Below are positions 33,559-38,743 of a stretch of DNA of 38,743 bases, one piece after another; the first letter of the stretch is position 1; every line of letters begins with the position of its first letter. This DNA is from an uncultured Planctomycetia bacterium (GTDB lineage Bacteria; Omnitrophota; Gorgyraeia; 2-01-FULL-45-10; JAHFGN01), in contig CAZPYQ010000002.1 of NCBI GenBank assembly GCA_964590585.1, positions 1 to 38,743 on the forward strand, read 5' to 3'. A model generated the notes under the pieces. That model had not been told where the DNA came from and did not search any database. It saw nothing but the letters and a program-made list of their open reading frames with translations. The position numbers and the translations under genes were made by a program.

Positions 33559-33602
33559 CCCGCACCTGCTTTCTTTATACCCCGCGCCTTCCTTAAAAGT
33601 TC

Positions 33603-34073
33603 TCACGACTTAAGAAGATGCGGGGTTATCCTTTCTATCTCTTTTTTTATCGTCATAAGGGTATATGCGTAATCCTTGAGCGGACGCCCCATGGGGTCAA
33701 GCACATCCTCGCCGAGACGCGGCCTGTCACCCGGATCTTTTTTAAATTCCGTAAGGAGAAACGTTTTGCCTACAGCATCCGGGACGCGGTCTATAATCTC
33801 CTCTTTATGCGCCTTCTCCATTACCAATATGAGATCCGCCTGTCTTATCATCTTTTCCGTAACGAGCGCTGTTTTATGCCCTGATACGTCCACGCCCTCT
33901 TTTTTCATGACCTCTATGGTATTCGCCGTAGGCGAATACCCGCTTAAGGCTCCCGTGCCCGCGGAGATGACGTTTATATCGTCCCTTCCCTTTTCTTTTA
34001 GGTATCTCTTCAGGAGCCCTTCGGCCATTATGCTCCTGCAGCTATTTCCCGTGCATACAAAAAGTACGGTCAT
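33603..34073 (-). CDS. Low-molecular-weight protein tyrosine/arginine phosphatase
   Basis: 156 aa. Active-site loop VCTGNSCRS (CX5R-S) and a DP motif near the C-terminus. It holds the YwlE-like position next to rpiB and tsaC. Confidence 0.85.
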   Translation of the reverse strand: MTVLFVCTGNSCRSIMAEGLLKRYLKEKGRDDINVISAGTGALSGYSPTANTIEVMKKEGVDVSGHKTALVTEKMIRQADLILVMEKAHKEEIIDRVPDAVGKTFLLTEFKKDPGDRPRLGEDVLDPMGRPLKDYAYTLMTIKKEIERITPHLLKS

Positions 34074-34077
34074 GCCT

Positions 34078-34704
34078 TCAGTCGTCCCTCTTTTTAAAAC
34101 AGGTTCTCATTATCTCGGATTCCGGTATCGCGCCGCGCCTCAAGATCCTGGGGGCTTTGCCCGTCATATCGACTACGGTGGATTCCGTGCCTATGTGCGT
34201 TGTGCCGCCGTCTAAAACGGCCTCGATACTGCCGTAAAAATACCTTAAGACGCCTTCGGCGTCCGTCGCGGCGGCCTTGCCGCTCAAGTTCGCGCTTGGA
34301 ACTATAAGGGGCCGCCCCAGGGCCTTTATCAGTTTAAGCGCGACTCTATTGTCGGGTATCCTGAACCCCATGCTCTTGCCCGAAGGGGCCCTAAGGATCA
34401 TGGTCAACGGCCCCGGCCAGAACTTTTTAGCCAGCCTTTTGATTTCCGGTGTCAGCGCACATCGCAGATTCTTGATCGTTCCTACGTTGTCGAGGAGCAC
34501 CGTCAGGGGCTTGGTTTTGGGCCTCTTCTTGACCCTGTATATCCTCTTCTCGCACGCCCTGTCAAAGGCCTTTGCGCCCAGGCCGTATACGGTCTCCGTG
34601 GGAAATGCCACGAGGCCGCCTTTTTTCAGGATGCGGGCGCATGATCTTATCGCCCTCATATCGGGGCGATCAGGATCTATCTTGAAGACCTTTGTTTTTA
34701 TCAA
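34078..34704 (-). CDS. tsaC: L-threonylcarbamoyladenylate synthase (YrdC/Sua5/YwlC family)
   Basis: 208 aa. GGLVAFPTETVYGLGA, and SANLSG near the middle. Confidence 0.85.
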   Translation of the reverse strand: MIKTKVFKIDPDRPDMRAIRSCARILKKGGLVAFPTETVYGLGAKAFDRACEKRIYRVKKRPKTKPLTVLLDNVGTIKNLRCALTPEIKRLAKKFWPGPLTMILRAPSGKSMGFRIPDNRVALKLIKALGRPLIVPSANLSGKAAATDAEGVLRYFYGSIEAVLDGGTTHIGTESTVVDMTGKAPRILRRGAIPESEIMRTCFKKRDD

Positions 34705-35170
34705 TTACGGATCTGGCTAAATTCTTTTTAAGGCCCTCGAGACGCCTTGTTATCCTTTTATCTTCCAGGGAAAGCATCTCCAGGGCGAGTATGCCGGCGT
34801 TCTTAGCACCCGTCTTACCTATGGTAACGGTGGCGACGGGAACCCCTGACGGCATCTGGACCGTAGAAAAGAGGGAATCTATGCCTTTGAGCTCCCTGGT
34901 CTCCATCGGCACGCCTATGACGGGCAGGGTCGTGTGGCTGGCTATGACCCCTGCCAGGTGCGCGGCTCCGCCTGCGCCGGCTATTATTATCTTTAACCCC
35001 CTGCCCCTCGCCGATCTGGCGTAACGCCTCGCTGCCTCGGGGGATCTGTGAGCCGACAGGATCTTAAGTTCGTTTACTACGCCGTTTGAATCGAGCACCC
35101 CTTTAGCCTCCCGCATTACAGGCAGGTCAGAGTCGCTGCCCATCACAATCGAAACCAGTGGCCTTGGCAT
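34670..35170 (-). CDS. purE: N5-carboxyaminoimidazole ribonucleotide mutase
   Basis: 166 aa. VSIVMGSDSDLPVM, SAHRSP, and GAGGAAHLAGV. Confidence 0.9.
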   Translation of the reverse strand: MPRPLVSIVMGSDSDLPVMREAKGVLDSNGVVNELKILSAHRSPEAARRYARSARGRGLKIIIAGAGGAAHLAGVIASHTTLPVIGVPMETRELKGIDSLFSTVQMPSGVPVATVTIGKTGAKNAGILALEMLSLEDKRITRRLEGLKKNLARSVIDKNKGLQDRS

Positions 35171-35188
35171 TTTTAGGGCTCCTTTTCG

Positions 35189-36490
35189 TCACATCCTATT
35201 TAACGCTTTCGCGGCGATATCCTTCCGGTAATGCATGCCGTCGAATTTTATCTTCTCTATCGCCTTATAACAATTATCTATCGCGCTTTTCAGGTTGGCG
35301 CCGAGCGCCGCGACAGTCAGGACGCGGCCCCCGGTCGTGATGTAGGTATTGCCGCCGTTGGTACCACGCTGGCCCTTCTTCGTCCCGGCATGGAAGACCA
35401 CTATATCCTTCATGGCCTCCAGTTCTTTCGTCCCCAGGCCTTTTATCTCGGCGCCTTTATCATAATGGCCCGGGTAGCCTCCCGCGGCGGTGACTACCGC
35501 CACGCACGGCCTCGGGTCCCACTCCAGGACCAGGCCCTTGAAATCGCCGTTTATGGCCCTCTCCATGACATCGACCAGGTCCGTCTTGAGCCTCGGCAAT
35601 ATCGCCTGGGTCTCGGGGTCGCCGAATCGCGTGTTGAACTCAAGTACCTTAGGTCCCGTCTTCGTGACCATTATGCCGACGTACAAAGCGCCCTTATAGG
35701 GCTTGCCCTCTTTTATGAGCCCCAGGAGCATGGGATTTAAAATCTCCGCCGCCACTTTTCTATACATATCATTTGTAACAACCGGAGCCGGAGAGTAGGC
35801 GCCCATTCCTCCGGTATTGGGCCCCCTGTCGCCGTCATAAGCGCGTTTATGGTCCTGGCTCGAGGCGAGCGGGACGAAGTCCTTTCCGTCCGCTATGACT
35901 ATTAAAGACGCCTCTTCTCCCTCCAGGCATTCCTCTATAACTATTTTCATGGCGGCGGGGCCGAATATATTATCATCCATCATGCTTGATACTGCCTTCT
36001 TCGCCTCTTCATTATTCTTGCAGACCACCACACCCTTTCCCGCGCAGAGGCCGTCCGCCTTTACCACCACGGCGCCGTCCGGCCGGGCAGCCAGGTATTC
36101 CTTCGCCTTTACGCTGTTATCGAACACCCTGAAATCGGCGGTGGGGACGCCGAATCTTTTCATCATCTCTTTCGCGAAGACCTTGCTGCCTTCCAGCCTG
36201 GCCAGATCCTTCCGGGGACCGAATATGCGCAAATTCTCTCCCTCGAAGGCATCCACTATGCCCTCCACGAGCGGAGTCTCCGGCCCGACTACGGTCAAGT
36301 CTATCGCCTGGCTCTTGGCAAAATCCACCAGCGTATTTACGTCTTCCGCTCTTATATTTACCAGCTCCGCCTGGCGGCCTATCCCGCCATTGCCCGGAGC
36401 GCAGTATATCTTAGTGACCTTAGGGCTCCTGGCTATCTTCCAGATAAGCGCGTGTTCGCGGCCGCCTGAACCCACCACCAGTATCTTCAA
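35189..36490 (-). CDS. purD: Phosphoribosylamine-glycine ligase
   Basis: 433 aa. MKILVVGSGGREHAL, ATP-grasp motifs, and GGRVL near the C-terminus. Confidence 0.93.
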   Translation of the reverse strand: MKILVVGSGGREHALIWKIARSPKVTKIYCAPGNGGIGRQAELVNIRAEDVNTLVDFAKSQAIDLTVVGPETPLVEGIVDAFEGENLRIFGPRKDLARLEGSKVFAKEMMKRFGVPTADFRVFDNSVKAKEYLAARPDGAVVVKADGLCAGKGVVVCKNNEEAKKAVSSMMDDNIFGPAAMKIVIEECLEGEEASLIVIADGKDFVPLASSQDHKRAYDGDRGPNTGGMGAYSPAPVVTNDMYRKVAAEILNPMLLGLIKEGKPYKGALYVGIMVTKTGPKVLEFNTRFGDPETQAILPRLKTDLVDVMERAINGDFKGLVLEWDPRPCVAVVTAAGGYPGHYDKGAEIKGLGTKELEAMKDIVVFHAGTKKGQRGTNGGNTYITTGGRVLTVAALGANLKSAIDNCYKAIEKIKFDGMHYRKDIAAKALNRM

Positions 36491-36507
36491 CGCAACGGCC
36501 CTCCCTG

Positions 36508-37530
36508 TTAGACGATAACGACCTTGTTTTTTCCCCTGGTGACCTCTCCGATAATATAAGACCTTAACCTGAAACGCGCCAGGATCTTTTGCGTTAATCC
36601 GGCATCTTTCTTGTCCAGGATCATCACAAATCCTATGCCCATGTTGAAAGTCGTGAACATCTCTTTAAGCGACAGGCGCGACTTCCGGGCCACCAGAGAA
36701 AATATGGCCGGCGCCTTCCAGCTCTTCTCCCTTATGACCACGTTCATACAGTCGGGCACGACGCGCGGTATATTGCCGTAGAATCCTCCTCCGGTTATAT
36801 GCGCCATCGCCTTTATCTTTACTTTCTTAAGGACCTCCAGCGCCGGTTTCACGTATATTACGGTCGGCACGAGCGCCATCTCCCCTACGAGCCCCTTAAG
36901 CTGCTTCTTCGAAAATATCTTCCTTACAAGGGAGTAGCCGTTTGAGTGGAGCCCGCTAGATTCTATGCCCAGGACCATATCGCCTGGCCTTACGTTTCGG
37001 CCGTCTACGATGTCGCGTTTGTCGATTATACCGACGCAAAAACCGGCCAGGTCATAGTCTTTTTTTCTGTAGAGGCCGGGAAGCTCCGCGGTCTCCCCGC
37101 CCAGGAGGGCGCATCCCGCCTGGCGGCAGCCCTCGACTATGCCTTTCATTATATCCACCGCCGTGACGAGTTCGATCTTGGAGGTCGCGAAATAATCCAG
37201 GAAGAATAGAGGCCTTGCCCCCGTCACAACACAGTCGTTAACGCACATGGCCACCAGGTCTATGCCGACCGTATCATACCTCTTAAGGCCTTCCGTAAGG
37301 AGTAGTTTTGTGCCGACGCCGTCTGTCGAAGCTACAAGGACGGGCCTTTTATATTTACGCTTATCTATCTCGAATAATCCGCTGAAACCGCCTATCCCGC
37401 CCAATACGCCAGGCGTCTCTATCTTTTTTATCATGGGCGCTATGAGATCGACGAACCTGTCGCCCTTTGCTATATCGACCCCTGCCCTTTTATAAGTTAT
37501 GCCTTTCATACCTTTTTTAACCCTCCCCAA
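36508..37530 (-). CDS. purM: Phosphoribosylformylglycinamidine cyclo-ligase (AIR synthetase)
   Basis: 340 aa. YKRAGVDI, ASTDGVGTK, DLVAMCVNDC, and GGETAE. Confidence 0.93.
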   Translation of the reverse strand: MGRVKKGMKGITYKRAGVDIAKGDRFVDLIAPMIKKIETPGVLGGIGGFSGLFEIDKRKYKRPVLVASTDGVGTKLLLTEGLKRYDTVGIDLVAMCVNDCVVTGARPLFFLDYFATSKIELVTAVDIMKGIVEGCRQAGCALLGGETAELPGLYRKKDYDLAGFCVGIIDKRDIVDGRNVRPGDMVLGIESSGLHSNGYSLVRKIFSKKQLKGLVGEMALVPTVIYVKPALEVLKKVKIKAMAHITGGGFYGNIPRVVPDCMNVVIREKSWKAPAIFSLVARKSRLSLKEMFTTFNMGIGFVMILDKKDAGLTQKILARFRLRSYIIGEVTRGKNKVVIV

Positions 37531-37541
37531 CTCCCAATTTA

Positions 37542-38246
37542 TTACCCTATTATCCGCCTCAGAACCTCCTGATACGCCTCTTCCACATTGCCAAGATCCC
37601 GGCGGAACCTGTCCTTATCGAGCTTCTCCTTCGTCACGCTGTCCCACAACCTGCAGGTATCCGGCGAGATCTCGTCGGCGAGGATTATCTTGCCGTGGGA
37701 GCGCCCGAACTCCAGTTTAAAATCAACGAGTATGAGCCCCTTTCCGGCAAAGTACTTTTTAAGGACGTCATTTACCTTAAACGAATACTTCGCTATCTCA
37801 CTCATCTCTTTCCTGGTCGCTATCCCGAGAGCCGTGATGTGATACTCATTAAACAGGGGGTCGTGAAGGGAGTCGTTCTTGTAATGGTATTCCAGGACGG
37901 GTTCTTTAAGTTCGATGCCCTCCTCCATGCCCAGGAGTTTCGACATCCCGCCGGCGACGATATTCCTTATGGTCACCTCAACTGGCACTATCTTCACCTT
38001 CTTTATGAGCATATCCCGGTCGTTGATAGATTTAACGAAGTGGGTGGGCACCTTTTCCGACTCCAGAAGTCTGAAGAGGACGGCCGATATCCTGTTATTG
38101 ACCACGCCCTTGCCGATTATGGTGCCGCGTTTTGTGGCGTCGAACGCCGTGGCATCGTCTTTAAATTCCTGGATGAAGAGGTCCGGATCGTCGGTCTCAT
38201 ACACCTTTTTGGCCTTGCCTTCGTAAACCAACTTCCTTTTTTCCAT
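37542..38246 (-). CDS. purC: SAICAR synthetase
   Basis: The start is moved to MEKRKLVYEGKAKKVY, which has the SD AAGGAG. DEISPDTCRLWD is present. Confidence 0.9.
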   Translation of the reverse strand: MEKRKLVYEGKAKKVYETDDPDLFIQEFKDDATAFDATKRGTIIGKGVVNNRISAVLFRLLESEKVPTHFVKSINDRDMLIKKVKIVPVEVTIRNIVAGGMSKLLGMEEGIELKEPVLEYHYKNDSLHDPLFNEYHITALGIATRKEMSEIAKYSFKVNDVLKKYFAGKGLILVDFKLEFGRSHGKIILADEISPDTCRLWDSVTKEKLDKDRFRRDLGNVEEAYQEVLRRIIG

Positions 38247-38269
38247 GTCAACTCCTTGCAATGGCATAA

Positions 38270-38332
38270 GTAACCGGAAACCAGAGTACGGTAACCGGAA
38301 TATGGTTTCTGGCCACCGGCTACTGGTTTCTT
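38270..38332. repeat. Heptamer array, GTAACCR/GAAACCR family
   Basis: GTAACCG GAAACCA GAGTACG GTAACCG GAATATG GTTTCTG GCCACCG GCTACTG GTTTCTT. It lies in the purB-purC spacer. Confidence 0.85.
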
Positions 38333-38348
38333 ACGCCATTTTTTAACT

Positions 38349-38743
38349 CTATATCCCTATGCGTCTAAATATCCTGTCCACGTTCTTCAGGTGATAGCGC
38401 AGGGCAAAAAGATCCTTTAATTCTTCGCCCGTAAACAGGGCCGCCAGCTCGTCATCCTCGAGGAGGGCGGATTTAAAGTCTATATTCTTATCCCTCGAAA
38501 CGAACGCTACCTTCTGCACCTTCTCATATGCCTCGTTCCTCGTATATCCCTTTCCGATAAGTTCCAGGAGGACCCTCTGCGAAAATATGATACCCCTGGA
38601 CCTATCCAGATTATTCGCGCAGGCCTCCTTGTCGACTACAAGCTTCATCACAAGATCTGTGAATTTATTCAGCATGTAGTCCAGGAGTATCGTCGAGTCC
38701 GGCAGTATGACGCGCTCCACGGAAGAATGGGAGATGTCGCGTT
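38349..38743 (-). CDS. purB: Adenylosuccinate lyase, C-terminal part (gene continues past the right window edge)
   Basis: The frame stays open to the window end (..RDISHSSVERVILPDS..), so the track GTG start is internal. The adenylosuccinate lyase C-terminal domain ends at 38349. Confidence 0.88.
   Translation of the reverse strand, partial: RDISHSSVERVILPDSTILLDYMLNKFTDLVMKLVVDKEACANNLDRSRGIIFSQRVLLELIGKGYTRNEAYEKVQKVAFVSRDKNIDFKSALLEDDELAALFTGEELKDLFALRYHLKNVDRIFRRIGI

Noticed and set aside
1-38743. Mobile elements, prophage, defence islands, toxin-antitoxin pairs, rRNA.
   Set aside because: I saw no integrase, transposase, recombinase, restriction-modification, Cas or toxin-like motifs in any frame. 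tRNA-Gln is not flanked by an integrase or by direct repeats of its 3' end.

Overview
This 38.7 kb window is densely coding, and almost all genes are on the minus strand. I saw no rRNA, CRISPR array, transposase, integrase or phage genes, so it reads as core chromosome of a diderm bacterium (BamA, Skp and Lpx genes are present). GC content looks moderate and AGA/AGG/ATA codons are frequent. I cannot assign taxonomy without a database search.

Gene order, left to right:
- rpsB (5' part) and an msbA-like ABC exporter (minus strand)
- Gfo/Idh/MocA oxidoreductase, lpxB, and a glutamine synthetase carrying an N-terminal HTH domain (plus strand)
- lpxI, fabZ, lpxC, lpxD, skp, bamA, dnaB, rplI, rpsR, ssb, rpsF (minus strand)
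- pth, ctc, prs, glmU, tRNA-Gln, spoVG, ispE
- transketolase C-half, lipoprotein, short FtsH-like protease, transketolase N-half, TPR protein, a 34-aa bS22-like ORF
- hisG
- LsrF/DhnA-like aldolase and a Zn-alcohol dehydrogenase
- a PpiD-like chaperone (plus strand)
- nrdR, dCMP deaminase, glyA, rpiB, LMW phosphatase, tsaC, purE, purD, purM, purC, purB (3' part)

Several ORF-track N-termini are artefacts. True starts are GTG/TTG or internal ATG, and two are GTGA stop/start overlaps.

Observations most worth a second look:
1. The HTH-glutamine synthetase fusion.
2. Short tandem repeat arrays in many intergenic spacers: period 7 at most loci, period 8 at one, and a ~20-21 nt-spaced 12-mer array at another. 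Several fold as long imperfect palindromes. One sequence family (GTAACCR/GAAACCR) recurs at five loci.
3. An in-frame 57-bp tandem palindromic insertion inside ispE.
4. SpoVG with an inserted zinc ribbon.
5. An FtsH-like protease plus lipoprotein pair wedged between the two halves of a split transketolase.

All functional calls rest on motif recognition by eye. No searches were run.
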